Assembly (NCBI RefSeq): GCF_036321535.1
Contig: NC_087436.1
Location: 84,632,001 to 84,696,000 of the forward strand
Direction of reading: 5' to 3'
Length of the DNA: 64,000 bases
Source: Camelus dromedarius
Taxonomy: Eukaryota
In this document: in pieces, positions 1 through 13,940 of the stretch
Layout of the letters: each line of letters starts with the position of its first letter
Position numbering within the stretch: position 1 is the first letter of the stretch
Made by a program: the position numbers and the translations under genes
Notes under the pieces: generated by a model
The model's input: only the letters and a program-made list of their open reading frames with translations
What the model was told of the DNA's origin: nothing
Database searches by the model: none

Positions 1-764
1 TTAACAGCAGGGGCTCAGGAAATCTCTGTTGAGTGAATGAACAGAAGAGGGGAGGGCAGAAAGGTCAGAGAAAAAGTCAGGAAGAATGTTACAAAGATTG
101 ATCAGATCCTTACATTTGTGCAGAAAACCTTAACAGTCACAAAGTACTTTTAAATGAAACATTATTGAAGCTTCATGAGCATTCTGTGAGGTATATATTC
201 CAGACCTCTTTACTCAGAGGAGACGGAGCCTATCCCCAGGTCACACGGTTGACAAGTGATGATATCAGGTCTCCTGAGCTCCTTCTAACGGGCCTCAGAG
301 GTGGGAGTGGCAAACTCAACTTGAGATGACAAGGAAGGCTTCCCAGGGGAAAAGGCATTGAGCTGCACCTTTAAGTGAATCAATGGGATTTTAATGTCAC
401 TTCTGAAAGACTAAGGAAATCAAGAAAACCAAAGTGCTAAGCAAACAGTATGAACTCAATAAATCTATGAAGCAAAATACATTAATCTCCATGGGTTCAC
501 AAATCAGAATGCTGATATGAAAGGCAAATTTGAATGGAGAGAATTCTCAGGTCCTTAAGAGATCAAACGATTGGTCCATGTAGTTATCACAGTTAGGTCC
601 CTTTAAATTTTTAGTGCCTTAGAAATGTACTATTCCTAGAAGAGAAACTAACACAATTTAACATTAATCATTATGCAGCACTGTTCTAAAAAAGCACACA
701 CAAAAATGTGTCAACCAACAACTTGTGCTTATTCTCAAATTTCCTAGACTGCAGATGCCTTCAA

Positions 765-955
765 ACCTAGATGCCTGGGTTTGAAGCCTGGCTCTGCTAG
801 TTACGAGCTGTGTGGATTCAGGCCTCAGTTTCCACATCTGTAAAATGGAAGTAATTAATAATACCTACCTGATAGGATAACTGTGGGGACTTAATGAGTT
901 AATAAATGTAAAGCACGTGAAAAAGTACCTGGCAAATAGCATTCAGTAAACATTT
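765..955 (+). mobile_element. MIR SINE
   Basis: MIR core ggcctcagtttccacatctgtaaaatgg...aataatacctacc. Confidence 0.85.
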
Positions 956-960
956 GCCAA

Positions 961-1423
961 CGTGGTAAATTGTACTACTGTTTCCAAATACGTCAGTGCC
1001 CTTCCTGGCTCCTCAGGTATCCACAGGATGTCCCCTGGTATCTCCAGTGGTTCCATGTGGTTCACAAGATCCTGGAGGAGGATTACTTCGCCCTCAACTC
1101 ATTGACAATGGACTTGGCCATGTGACTTGCCTTGGCCACTAGCCTACGAGAAGACATGACACAATGTCTGAGCAGAAGTTTTAGTAGGTGATGCATTTTC
1201 CACTGGCTCTCTCTTTTTCCCTCTGCCATGAGCACACTATGTCCCAGAAAGAAAGGCTGCTCCTTCAGCCTGGATCACAGAATGAAAAGATACAAGGAGC
1301 AGGAGCAGATTGAATGCCAATCTGTTAAAGACACAAGATGTAGGCAAGAAATAAACCTCTGCTCTTGCAAGCCACTGAAACTTGGGGGCTATTTGTTACC
1401 ATAGAACAGTTGACTCAAATAGC
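961..1423 (+). mobile_element. MaLR solo LTR (old MLT1I/J-like)
   Basis: ggacttggccatgtgacttgcctt, ggctgctccttcagcctgg, aagccactga...tttgttac motifs typical of MLT1. Confidence 0.7.
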
Positions 1424-1626
1424 AATTGTTATCATTACTATTAGATTAAATTTCTACTTTATCCAAAAAAATCAGTTTTGAAACACTTAAAAAAAAAAAT
1501 CACTGGGTAAAAATCCCAAATCTTCACAACAGATCTGAGTGGGTCTAACTGTTACAACTCTCTCTTAGAAAAGTAACTGGGTTCCCATTCTTCTCTGCTG
1601 CTTGTTTTCATTTTCCCTTTACCTAG

Positions 1627-1820
1627 TAATCACGTCCCCTGACAAAACCTTAGAGATAATGATAAGCCCTCTGCTCGGCTCAGTTTCCCGCTCTACATAC
1701 GCGTACAGTACATCCTCCTTGGGAGCCGTGATTTACAAAACGGAAGTTGGGAGACTGGCTCTGAGAGGCCTCTCTTATAAGCTCTATCGCCTTGAGAGAC
1801 AAGCTGTTTTCAATTTAAAG
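1627..1820 (+). other. Candidate 194-nt exon, probably part MIR-derived
   Basis: Pyrimidine tract ending cctttacctag at 1626; donor AAG|gtaaga at 1821; one frame open; several CpGs; ETS-like CGGAAGT. No recognisable protein. Confidence 0.25.
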
Positions 1821-2039
1821 GTAAGAGAAGTCACTGATGCAGATTCCATCATGGTTTATTAATATTCTCATTGATCCTGTTTTCCTGTCTCAGCCTTTTG
1901 TAGTTTTGGAAAAATCAGCTTCTAAAAATCATTTTATTCTCTTACATCAACATTAGCATTTAATCTTCTTCTCTGTACCTCAAAAAAGGTGCATTTTCTC
2001 TTTTAGACAATTGCACTGTGTTCCTCTCTGGTGGCATTA

Positions 2040-2720
2040 AGTACTGAACCACCGTGACTCTTTTCTAACACCCTGTTAACAGGGCACGAGCTGCTGATCT
2101 CATGAGCTTGGAGTCTAATGCGGAAAAGAAGGCAACAGACAAGTTAAGAAGCAAATGCCTTCAGATATAAGTCCTGTGAAGAAAAGAGGGTGTTTTAATA
2201 GAGAGTAATGAGGTATGGGGTGAAACCAGTGAAGAGGCTACTGTAAAAATCCAAGAGGAAGGCGGGAGTGAGCCAAGTCAACTGGAAAGACAGGAGGCAT
2301 ATTTAGGAGGTAGATGTGCAAAACTTGCTGACGGTCTGAAGCAAAGCCTAAAGGCTGACATGGAGGTTTCTGGGCCTGAGGCAGGAGGAAGATGGCGATG
2401 CAACTGACTGAGATGGAGACGCCCAGGGGAAGACCCCATTTACTGGATAAAGTAAGGAATTGTATTCTGAGCTAATAAAACTGAAGATGCCCATTAGATA
2501 CCCAACAGGAAAAGCCAGGTAGGCAACTGGATAGACAGGGATGAAATTCAGAGGAGAGATCTGAGCAAGCAATAAATTTGGGAGTGGCCACCTACAGGAA
2601 ACGAGGGCTTTCCCATGGGAGAATGACTTAGCATGAAGAGTGGACGCTAGAAAGTTAGGAAGCAGTAAAAGAGGGTGACCTGTCAAAAAGACAGAAAGGC
2701 AGCTTGAAGTGGCTCTCACA
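2040..2720 (-). mobile_element. L2 LINE fragments
   Basis: Antisense L2 signatures (gaggctactgtaaaaatccaag, gaattcagaggagagatctgagc). Confidence 0.65.
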
Positions 2721-2744
2721 GGCCAAAAATACTTATTTATTACA

Positions 2745-3350
2745 GAAAGAAAAAAGAGTAATTGTATGACGGAGAAGCTCAGCAGTCATCACCTTAATCA
2801 AGTTCATCATCAGCAGTAATAAGATGAATCAAAATCACCTGCCACTGGCTAGGATGCAATGAGAACACAGTAGACCATCTTCTGTTTATATTCCTGGAAG
2901 AATACCTAATTTGAATCTAATCATGAGAAAACAACAATCATAAATTGAGCCATAATCAACAAAATAAATTGCCTGTTATTTGCAAAAGCATCAAGGCTAT
3001 GAGAGTCAAGAAAAGACTGAGCAATGGCTGCAGATTAGAGACCAGAGGGATGTGGCAACTAAACACAATATGCATTCTAAACTGGATCCTTTTACCATAA
3101 AGGACATGATTCAGACAGTTAGTGAAACCAGTATAGGGTCTGTAGAGCCAGAGTAATCAAGTAAGTTTCCTGATTTTGTTGATTATATTATGGATACATA
3201 AAAGAATGTCCTTGTTTGTAGAAAACACAAACTAAAGTATTCTGGGACATTAGGGTATTATGCTGGCAAATTACCCTCAGATGGTTCAAGAAAAAAATGG
3301 TTATTTGTGCTGTACTTGCAACTTTTCTGTAAGTTTGAGAATATTTTTTA
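2745..3350 (+). mobile_element. L1MC-type 3' UTR fragment
   Basis: tgaatctaatcatgag...aaagactgag...gtacttgcaacttttctgtaagtttga typical of L1MC3/4 3' end. Confidence 0.7.
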
Positions 3351-3374
3351 AAAAATGAGTTGCAATAATATATC

Positions 3375-4085
3375 TACATACCAGATTGTAAACATTAAAA
3401 TCTGACAAATATCTAGTACTTGTGAGAATATGAAGTAATGGAAACCCTCATTCAGAGCTAATGAGAGTGAAAACTGGAAGGACCATTGCAGAAAACTGTT
3501 TATTTGGCATTAACTCATAAAATTGAAGACAAACATCCTCTATGACTCAATAATTGCATTCCTAGAGAATCTCTTTAGTTTGAGCACCAGGATGTTCGTG
3601 GCAGCACTGTTTTTAAGAATTAAATACTGAAAATAACTTAGATATCCATCAATAAAGCAGATCAATAAATTGTTTAGATATTTATATGGTGGAATACCAT
3701 ACAGCAATGAGAAGGAATGAATTAGAGCAACACTCACCAACAACGATTCTTACAGACAATGCTGAGTGAAAGAAGCAAAATACATCCCTTTAATGGAGTC
3801 CAAAAATAGACAAAACTAAAATACATTGTCTAGGTGGTAAAACTTTAAGAAAAGTAAGAAAATGATTATAATAAAAGTCAAGAAATGAGGGAGGGAGGGA
3901 AGGAATGAGTTATAATGGGGAAGGTTCTCAGAGAGTAGGTTTCTGGATGCTGGCAACGTTCCACATGCTGTCATCAGAGTACTGATTCCACCGGTACTCA
4001 TTTTATTATGATTTGTTAACATGTACATGTATGATTTGCTCACTTTCTGGATATATGTAATATTTAATCATTTAAAAATTCTTAA
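3375..4085 (+). mobile_element. Old L1 (L1ME-like) ORF2 end and 3' UTR
   Basis: Degenerate tatgactcaataattgcattcctag, atgttcgtggcagcactgtt, acaatgctgagtgaaagaagc. Confidence 0.7.
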
Positions 4086-4094
4086 AAACAATCA

Positions 4095-4320
4095 CTTGCA
4101 TGTACTGACCACTTACTATGTGTCAGCTACTATACTGAGCATACATACATGTTTTATCCTGTTTAAACTTTCCCAGCCTATGAGGCAGGTACTATTCCTG
4201 TATTCTCCATTCCACATATGTACAAACTGAAGCTTAGTGACTTTTCCAACATCGGCGCTAACAAATGGGGACATGAATCCACTTAGGCTGACTTGAAGCT
4301 TGCAAATTTAACCACTAAGT
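4095..4320 (-). mobile_element. MIR SINE
   Basis: cacttactatgtgtcagc...cctatgaggcaggtactatt...aaactgaagcttag. Confidence 0.7.
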
Positions 4321-5499
4321 TGTGCTTTCAATTTTTTCTGTGCTTTGGTTTTTTTCTATTTTTTTGATGCATGTTATTAGATTTGGGTTCACGAGGGATT
4401 TCCCACACATTTCCATAGTATTTAGTGCAGTGCTTTAAAACTGAGGCTTGATAAATACTGTTGACTAACTAAGCAATTTGTTATTTCTAATAGAACCATA
4501 AACTGTTGTGCAATGTGCTGAAATATTTTTCAGTCCGTCAATCAATGCTGAGAGCCTGACTTTTAAATCACAAGGCAGAAGTCTTTAAAAACTCACTTAA
4601 ACTAGAAGAACATTTACACTGAAGTAAAAGGCAAAAGGGTCACATGATTTTGATGGCAAGAATGCATGTAAATACATCAAAGCAATTTCAAAGAGACCAG
4701 TGGGCTTGAGATAGCAATCCACACACAAACCATCTGAAGGAATTATGTGTAATCATAAAAATTCAAAATCACTCTGAAAACCAGGTTTTTATACTTGACA
4801 AAGCTCTATTGAGCTAATTTCACTATATCATATTTTGAAAAGAAATCAGAGCTTTTGATTTTCTTTACTGGCTTTGGATCTATATAATGTCTTGCCTCCT
4901 AAAAATACTCCACATTTTGTTTTGCCCAAATATTATCCCATTTACTTTCCATTTTTCAGTAGTTATATTTCCAAAATTTATAGATAAACAAATGTAGAAC
5001 ATTTAAAAGAAACTTGAAAAGGCAATTCCCAAGAAGGAATCAATTTTCTTTTTCTATCTGAAAGATTTACCAGTTTCAAGCTGTAGGAGTCAAGGAGTTT
5101 GAGAATTGTAGCTTTCTTTTTGAAAGGCTAGAAGTTTGTACTGAACTTGCAGTACAGTCCAGAAATAGGCCTCATCTCTTACATAACTTGAATCAGTTTT
5201 ACGATGACATGGAAAGTAGAGTTGAGATCAATAAGCAGCAGTGGCAGGGAGCGGGAGGAGAGCTGACAGTCATGACACTGGAGAAGAGAAGAAAAAGCCT
5301 GCTTCGGGTCTCACTGTTTCAGTCTTGGCACAGACAGAAAATTAATGTTTAAAAACATTTATAAAAACCTAAGGATAAACATTATTACAACTGAAATGGG
5401 ATTTTAAATTTATGAAGCTGATCAACTCAGAAAAAGATAGGAAAGAAAGTAAAAGGAACAACATGAAATCATAACAAACAGACGATATTAAAAAACGCA

Positions 5500-6550
5500 A
5501 GGGATAATAACAAATACAAAAGATGCTTGGCATCATTAGCCATTAGGGAAATACCATCCAAAAGCACCACACACCACTTCACACCAACTAGGACAATGTA
5601 TCTGTCTGCTAGGACTGCTTAACAAAATACCAGACTGGGGTTGGGGGGGGTTAAACAACAGAAATTTATTTTCTCACAGCTGTAGAGGCCAAAAGTCCAA
5701 GATCAAGGTATCAGTTGATTTAGTCTTTCCTGAGGCCTCTCTCTTTGGATTGCAAATGGTCACCTTCTGCCCATGTCCTCACGTAGCCTTTTCTCTGTGT
5801 GTGTGCGCGGTGACCTGGTGTCTCTTCCTCTTCTTATAAGGACACCAACCCTATTGGACTAGGACTCCACCCTTAAGACCTTATTTAACCTCAATTATCT
5901 CTTTAAAAGCCGTATCTCCAGTATAGTCTTGGGGGGGCTAAGGCTTCGATACATAAATGGGGGGAGGGGTGATGGAGCAATTAAATCTGTAACAGATGTT
6001 ATAGTCAGAAAGATAGGAAGTAACAAGAGTTGGTGAAGAAATGATAACCTTCATACATTGCTGGTGGCACTAAAATAGTGTAATGACTTTAGAAACCACC
6101 TGTTTTTCAAAAGGTTAAACGTAGAGTTACTATATTACTCAGCAATTCAACTCCTAGGCATAGACTCAAAAGAAAGTAAAGCATATGTCTACCCAAAAAC
6201 TTGTATGTGAATGTTCGTAGCAGTATCATTATAACAGCCAAAAGTGGAAACAACCCAACTGTCCATCAGCTGATGAAGGGATAAATAAAATGTGAAATAT
6301 CCATAAATGGAATATTATTTAGGAATAAAAAGGAATGAATTATTGATATATGTTACAGTATGGGTGAACCTTGAAAATATTATGCTAAATGATAGAGGTC
6401 AGTCACATATTATATAATCTCATTACATAAAATACCCAGAATAGGCAAATCAATAGAGACAGAAAGTGGATTAACGGTTGCCTAGGGCTGGAGGTGAGAG
6501 GGAAGTTGGGGGAAAATGGTAGTGACCGCTAGTGGGTGCCAGGTTTCCAA
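5500..6550 (+). mobile_element. L1MB-like 3' part, interrupted by an MLT1A LTR
   Basis: catcattagccattagggaaat; actcagcaattcaactcctagg; aaccttgaaaatattatgctaa; ggttgcctagggctgg. Confidence 0.8.
5597..5994 (-). mobile_element. MLT1A-type MaLR solo LTR
   Basis: TG...CA termini; ttaaacaacagaaatttattttctcacag, tcttcttataaggacacc. Confidence 0.85.
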
Positions 6551-6907
6551 CGTAAAATATCTAGCACAAAAGTATTTCTGAAAAAAGTAAATTGGGAAAA
6601 CATTTGATAATTCCCAGATTTCTCAAGGATATAAAGAAATGGATATTTTTCTTACAAGGTTGATAGTACGAAATGGTATTATAAACTTTCAGAAGTGCAC
6701 TCTGGAAGTATTTTCACAAAAAAATAAAGGTGAAGATGTGGAATCAACCTAAATGCCATCATTAGAGAAGTTAATTACATTATGGCACAGTCATGCCACA
6801 GAATACTATCTAGCCATTAAATAACATAATAAAGATCTCTACTTCTTGATATGGAAGAACACCCATGATATATTAAGAAGAAAAAAGGTCTAAGAAACAG
6901 ATTTGAG

Positions 6908-7072
6908 AGGGGAGGATATAGCTAGCTCAGTGGTAGAGCGCATGCCTAGCATGAATGAGGTCGTCCCCAGTTACCTACATTAAAAAATAAATAAATAAAC
7001 CTAATTACCTACCCCCCCTAAAACAAAGAGTGTATTTTTTAAAAGGAAAAGATATATTTAAAAAAAAAAAAA
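6908..7072 (+). mobile_element. tRNA-Ala-derived camelid SINE (Vic-1-like), long-tail form
   Basis: ggggaggatatagctagctcagtggtagagcgcatgcctagc, poly-A tail, perfect 13-bp TSD aaacagatttgag (6895-6907 and 7073-7085). Confidence 0.85.
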
Positions 7073-7197
7073 AAACAGATTTGAGTACCATAATCCCTTT
7101 GTCGTAAAATGTTTACATATATATAACAGACAATAAAATGGTAACAATGGTCACTTCTGGGTTTAAAAGAATGGAATTTTATTTTCTTCTTTAAAAT

Positions 7198-7231
7198 TGT
7201 TCTTACATTCTAACTGTTCTTACATTCTAAC
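7198..7231. repeat. Perfect 17-bp tandem duplication
   Basis: tgttcttacattctaac x2. Confidence 0.9.
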
Positions 7232-8447
7232 TTTTTTCTATTACTCTCAAAATTAGTGAAAGGTATTAAAGAAAACAATCAAAAAGAGAAGCTGAAATTC
7301 TCTAAACTGAAAATGAATTATCTTTAAGGAACTTTTATACCAAGTTCTAGGTATCTCTTGAAATCTTTAGTGACAGGTAAATCTCTGTTCGATGACAGGT
7401 AACTAGAAGAAAATATTTCCAACATGTTTTAAAATCCTCTGTCTAGTATTTCAAGACCTTCCATCAGCTGGTGCAATTTTACCTTCCAGCCTCCCATCAC
7501 TCCCTAGGTAAACCTTCTGTCATGTCAGTCTTTGTTTCTTTAGTGGAAAATATTCAAGAATCTGTTTGGTGTTTATCTGTGGTACGTAGGGTTTTCACAA
7601 CTTTAGTTTTGTTGTTAAATGTTTGGGTTTGGCACTTCATAAAATCCCTCTTGGTAGCAGTTACCAGAAGTAATGGCAGAAAACTGATGAGAAGTTAAAA
7701 CTCATCCTTCTCTGATTATCCCAATCCACAATGCTCTCCTCCTTCTCTGACTTCTATAACTGTTACTCTGTGCCACCAAAACTTTTTACTTGTTCACATA
7801 CTGGTGGACAGTACTTTTCTCTAATTCATACATTCACTTATGCTTGGTAGTATGATTGATCATTTTCCAGATGAACTCAGCAGCCTAGGAACAGGCAAGG
7901 AGAAAGCAAATAGTTAGAATTAACTCAGGGTTTAGTTTATATAGGGCTTGCATTATGGAAGGGCAAGAAAGTTCAGGATACTGCCAAGAGAGTGACTGTT
8001 AGAAAGGACTATGGACACTTAACTCTTAATGTGGGTGGGATAAAAATGAGGATGAGAGCTATCAGATAGGGAGACAGTGGATTTTCAAAAACTAGCCCTG
8101 TGACATGTTCCCTAGGTTTTGCAGGACCATTTTTCATTTATCTTTCATTATCTGGGACAATGACTACCCATTTTCAGAGAATAGGAGTTTGTGTGCACAA
8201 GTAATTATATAACTTAGGAATAGTTATGTCATTCTGCCAGGTATAAGAAACAGAAATTCAAAAGGAAAGAAAAGTTCGATCAATCACACTTACTAAGGAA
8301 AGATTTTTCTCTTTTTTTTAATAGTGAGTGCAATGCATGCTTCAAAGACTAAGCAGGAAAACAAACACAAATAGCAAAGGGCAACTACAGTAGAAGGCAC
8401 ATGGGACACCGAAAAGAACACGTTAATAACTCAGCAGTATTTATTAC

Positions 8448-8604
8448 CCCGTGGACCTTCCCCAGACCCACGCACAATCATCTGCAGGCTCCGCTATGAT
8501 CCAGAGCAAAGGCCAAAGAACAAAGTAAATGTGATGCCCAGTGACGATGCCTGAGGGACCACCAGCCCGTCGAGATCTCAGTTAAAATGAACCTGGAAGA
8601 GTAT
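8448..8604 (-). other. Candidate 157-nt exon with stops in all frames
   Basis: Strong acceptor ctctcggcctttctcccttctgtccacag; weaker donor GGG|gtaata; CpG-enriched unique sequence. Confidence 0.3.
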
Positions 8605-10339
8605 CTGTGGACAGAAGGGAGAAAGGCCGAGAGAATGAGGCATAAAATGCTAAAACAGGTTAAAATATACACTTCCCCAAAGAGATGAAAACTGATTGTC
8701 TTCTGGTGACCAAACTTACATCAGCACACGTAGTGAGGCAAAACTGAATGACTTTACAGTAATCCAGAAAAAAAAAACTGCTGAAAGCATGAAAAATTTG
8801 TATTATGTGAAGCTGATTTTAAAAATCTGAATATCAAGCTGTATTTATGTTATGATTTTTATTTCAAAATAATTATGTGGGTGGACAAACATTGAAGGGA
8901 ATAGAAAAGTTTAAATATGTGGGGATGTTTACAGACTTTCCCCCTTTATACATATGTATGTAATTATTCACTGTATTCCCAGGGACACAAACCCATGTTC
9001 TTCCTATATGTCAATTATCTCAGCATCCTGAAGCATTTCTCTTCCTTTCATATAGTCACTGTTTCATTTGCTTCTGAGGTGAATTGGAGATTCAGGGGCT
9101 ATGACATAAAATGAAAATTAAAAGTTAAATGAAAATGTGAAATAAAACGAAAATTCAGACAATGCCTTGGCATTCCTTTCAGAATCTCCTTTCTTTCATT
9201 ATCTGCTTAAAAACAAAGGAACTGCTCTAAGCTTTTCAGTTACTACAAGGTTTACAAAGGATGGCTTTTTTGTTTTGTTTTGTTTTTGTCTACATCCTTG
9301 CCTCTGGGGATGTAGTAAAAAGGAAGAAGGCTCCTTCCCAAGTAAACATGAAAAAGACAGAGACAGACAGACAGAGAGAGAGAGGACTCAAAAAGAAGAG
9401 AAAGAGGTAAAGCAAGGCTTGTTTCTTGCTCCTAAGAAAGCTTTAGAGGCATGACAGTAATATTATGACATATGATGATTATTAAGTACTAAAGTAATTT
9501 CACAAGTCAAGTATCATAAGGAAAAGAGATTTTATCACTTAAAGATATTTGTAATTGAGTATGGAAGTACCTTTTGGTGAAAATAAACTTCAAAATGACT
9601 TTTCTGGCTTAATTTGGACCCCCTGATACACAGATGCCACTGACAACTTCATTAGCACTTTTCTTCATGTTATCAGTGTCCTTTCATCAGAAGAATTATT
9701 ATACACACTGGCCTAATTCTGAAGCCTACTGAAGTTATGCTTATTATTGGAGGCACAGAGAATCAGAGCTTTTTGAAATCTGCTGAGAAAAGGGACAATA
9801 TCTTCAGGAAAGGATGAGAAAGAAATCATCAAATGTGTTTTCTTGGTTGATTAAGAAAGACAAATTATTTTCAGTTTTCTAAATTGAAAGGTTTGAAATT
9901 AGAAGAGGACTTTCCTCTAGTCTTAGGTAGGGTCAAACCTTTCCAAATCTCATGTTTCAGACTCTTCTGATAGAGGATGATAAACTGTCCTTTTACACAC
10001 AGGGAGTCCAAGTGCAGCCACATGGTATAGGACAGTTACTAAATAAAGTCTGAATCCAGAATCAAAGACTGCAATGTTAGTGATTTAATATCATTCCTTC
10101 ATCACCCAATCTACCTCCTAAATCAGTGATTCAAACCTTTAGATCATCATCTCAGAGAAATTCACCAAGGCCAACACAGGACAATTGGGGGCTGCCATCA
10201 CCCAAACCTGGACTAGAATATCTAATCCTCTGAAAGATATAGTCAAAGGAAAGGATTAATGAGGCTTAATGCAAAAGCTTTCTATTGAAGTTCAGTTTCT
10301 TGCTCCACTCTTAAAATGATCACAGAATCTGAAGCAACA

Positions 10340-13300
10340 CCACTCTTTAAATACACACACTTTCCATTTTTTTCATTCTTTAAAATGTTACCAGGATTGT
10401 GGCCATGATGAAGTAAGAGGGACCAGATTTTCCTCCCCAGATTAAAATGACTAAAAACTGGACAAAATATACAAAGCAATGTTTCTCAGACACTCGACGA
10501 CAGTCAGTGCAGGACAGTGATCCCCAAGAGATGGGAAATAAAAGAGGTGAGCCCTACAGGTTCCCTAATTTACTGACTGGAGAGAACTTACAGCCCATAG
10601 TGCAGGAGGAAGGAGGCTAGGAACAGCCCAGTGATCTCTCAGGGTTGAGGAAACAGTTGAGAGTTAGGGAAACCAAGGCAGCTGGAATTCAGGGACAGGG
10701 CAGTAATAAGGAGATGACTACAGAGAAAGACAGAAGTCTGGAGATCTGCAGGGGATTACCCTGAGTCTTTGGCTGAGTACTGACTCACACATACATGTGA
10801 GGAAACTACCTAAACCATGGATGAGAGGGCACAAGCGGAGTTCACACAGGACCATGAATAGTTCCTGTTCCCACTAGTCAGAATGGAAAGACCTTCCAAC
10901 ATATGGGCAAGGAGTACAATCCTCAGAAGGGTACTGCCTGAGTAGTGGGAACAATTGAGCACTAGACTCGAGGCCAAAAGGAAAATCTGAACAGATCACC
11001 TGCTTCTCAGAAGATCAAACTGCCCCCTAGTTAGCCACATCATAGTACAAAGTCCAAAACTATTTCAAGGAATTTTTTTAAAAAGTCCAGCACCCAATAG
11101 CATAAAACTCACAATGCCTAACATCCAATAAAAATTTCCAGACTGAGGAAGAAGCAAAAAATATGTCCAATAATGAGAAGAAAAATTAAGCAACAGAAAC
11201 AAGCCCAGAAATGACATGAGTGAGAAACTTGGTAGACAAAGGTGTTAAAACAGCTAACATTTGGTATTAACAGATACACATTACTATATGTAAATACTAT
11301 GTGTAAATATGTAAAATGGATACACAACAAGGGCCTACTGTATAGCACAGGAAACTATATTCAATGTCTTGTAATAAGCTATAATGGAAAAGAATCTGAA
11401 TATACATATATATTTAGTTTTATATATACATATATATACATATATAAAACTAAATCACTTTGCTGTATACTTGAAACTAACACTGTAAATGAACTACAGT
11501 TCAATAAAGAATAAAATAAAAACAGCTAACAGCCTGAGGATTTATTTTTGTGAGTCTGAGTATATATAAAATATACTCCATACATTCAAGAAGATACAGG
11601 AAAGTATGAGCACAATAAGAGAGATAAAAGATACAAAGAAGACAAAATCAAACTTGCAGAAATGAAAAATACACTGGATGGGAGTAACAACAGACAAGAC
11701 AGTACGGAAGAAAGGATTAGTAAAATATGAAGACATAGCAATAAAAACTCCCCGAAATGAAATACAAAGAGCAAAATTACTAAAATGAATTAAACAAACA
11801 GATCAACAGTGAGCTGTGGGACATTAGTGACCCAACATAAGTGTAACTAGAGTTTCAGGGGGAGAGAATAAAGGTAAGAAGAGAGAAAATTTATTTGAAG
11901 AAATAATGGTTGAAAATTTCCATTTCCTAAAAACTATAAATTCAGATCCAGTAAGCTGAACAAATACTTGGGCAGAAAAAAATGAAGAAAACCATACTAA
12001 GATCCAACAAAACCAAATTACTGAAAACCAGTGGTAAAGAGGAAAATCACTAAAAAGCCAGAAAAAAAGAGATACAGTATACATAAAAGAATAAAGAATG
12101 ACAGTGGGTTTCAATAGAGGACAGGTAACAGTAGTGTGACATGACACCTGTGAAGTCAGAAAGAAAATTTAAAAACTGTTAGTGTAGAATTCTCTATCCA
12201 GTGAAGGCATCTTTCAAAAATAAAGGTGAAATAAAATTAATCACCAACGTAAAGCACAAGAAATTCTAGGTAAAAGGAAAGTGATACCAGATGGAAATCT
12301 CAATCTACACAAAAGCATAACGAGCTGCCTAAACAGTAAATATGGGAGTAAATACAAAATACTTGTTTTTCTTAAATTTAAAGTACCTTTAAAAGATAAT
12401 TAAATGTTTAAAGCAAAAAAAAAAAAAAACTGCTGAGAGAGAAATTAAAGGAGACCTAAACAAATAGAGAATAATCATTCACGCTCATGGGCTGGAAGAC
12501 TCAATATTGCTAAGATGTCAATTCTCCCCAAATTGATCTAGTGATTTAATGTAATCCCAATCAAAATCCTAAATCCCTGCAAACACTTTTTTTCTATAGA
12601 AAAGAGAAACTGACACTAAAATTTTTATAGAAATACAAAGGACTTAGAAGGGCAAAAAAAAAAAAAAAAAAAAAAACAATTCTGAAAAAGAGCCAAGTTG
12701 GAGAACTTAACCTATGTGTTTTCAAGGCTTATTATAAAGCTACACTACTCAGGACAGTGCGGTATTGTAAAGACAGACCTCGAGACGAATGAAACAGAAT
12801 AGAGAATCCAGAAACAGACACATACATACCTGCAACTGATTTTCAACAAAGGTGTGGGAATTATTCAAGGAGGATATGCATGAGCAAATAAATACACCTT
12901 GCTAAAGAACAATACAGTGGACTTCATCAAAATGAAAAACTTGTTCTTCAAAAGACACTTAAAAAAAATGAAAAGGCAAGAGTGGGAGAAAAGATCTGTA
13001 AGATATCTATCCAACAAAATACTTGTATGCAGAATATATAAAGAACTATTATAACTCAATAACAAGAAAGCAAGCCCCCAGGAAGAAAATGGACCTAAGA
13101 TTTGAACAGATACTCTACAAAGAGGATATACAGATGGCAAACAAGCACAAGATAGTATGTTCAACGTCATTAGTCATTAGGCAAATGCAAATTAAAACCA
13201 CAAATAGATACCATATCCACTAGAACGGCTAAAGTGAAAAAGACTGACAATAGCAAGTACTGCTGAGGATGCGAAGCAACTGAACCTCTCATACGCTGCT

Positions 13301-13940
13301 AGTGAGAATGCAAAATGCTACAGTCACTTGGGAAGACAGTTTATCAGTTCCTTACAAACTTAAAACATATACATACCATACAATACAGCCGCCATTTCAC
13401 TCCTACATATTTATCTGAGAGAAATGAAATGTATGTGCACACGACTTACATGAATGTTCACGGCAGCTTTATTTTAAATTTCCATTGATGGGAAAATAAA
13501 CAAAATCATATACTCATAGGATAGAATACTACTCAGCAATAAAAAGGTACAAACTACTGATATACACAACTTGGATGAATCTCAAAATCATTACGTTGGG
13601 AGAAAGAAACCAGACCAAAAAAAAAAAAAAAAAAAAGAGTACATACTGTATAATTTCACTTACATTAAAATTTTATAAAATGCAAATTAATTTATGGAGA
13701 TAGCATATAAGTTGTTTGGAACAGGGGTGGAAGGAAGGATGGATTTCAAAGGAGCATGAATGTATTTTGCAGGATGAAATATTCTTATCTTAATTGTGGT
13801 GAGGGTTTCCTCATTACTTCCCTATGAGAATAGAATACAGCTCAGGTGTATTCATATGTCGAATCTCATCAAATTGCACACTTTAAATGTGCAGTTTATT
13901 GTATGTCATTCTTACCTCAATAAAAGTGTTAAAAAAAAAA
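10340..13940 (+). mobile_element. Internally deleted old L1M (5' region, ORF1, ORF2 remnants, 3' UTR)
   Basis: ORF1-like atttgaagaaataatggttgaaaatttcc; ORF2-like tcatgggctggaagactcaatattgctaagatgtcaattctccc; 3' end tacctcaataaaagtgttaaaaaa. Confidence 0.85.
11260..11518 (+). mobile_element. Young 5'-truncated cetartiodactyl L1 3' end nested in old L1
   Basis: tactgtatagcacaggaaactatattcaat; TSD aaaacagctaaca at 11247-11259 and 11519-11531. Confidence 0.9.
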
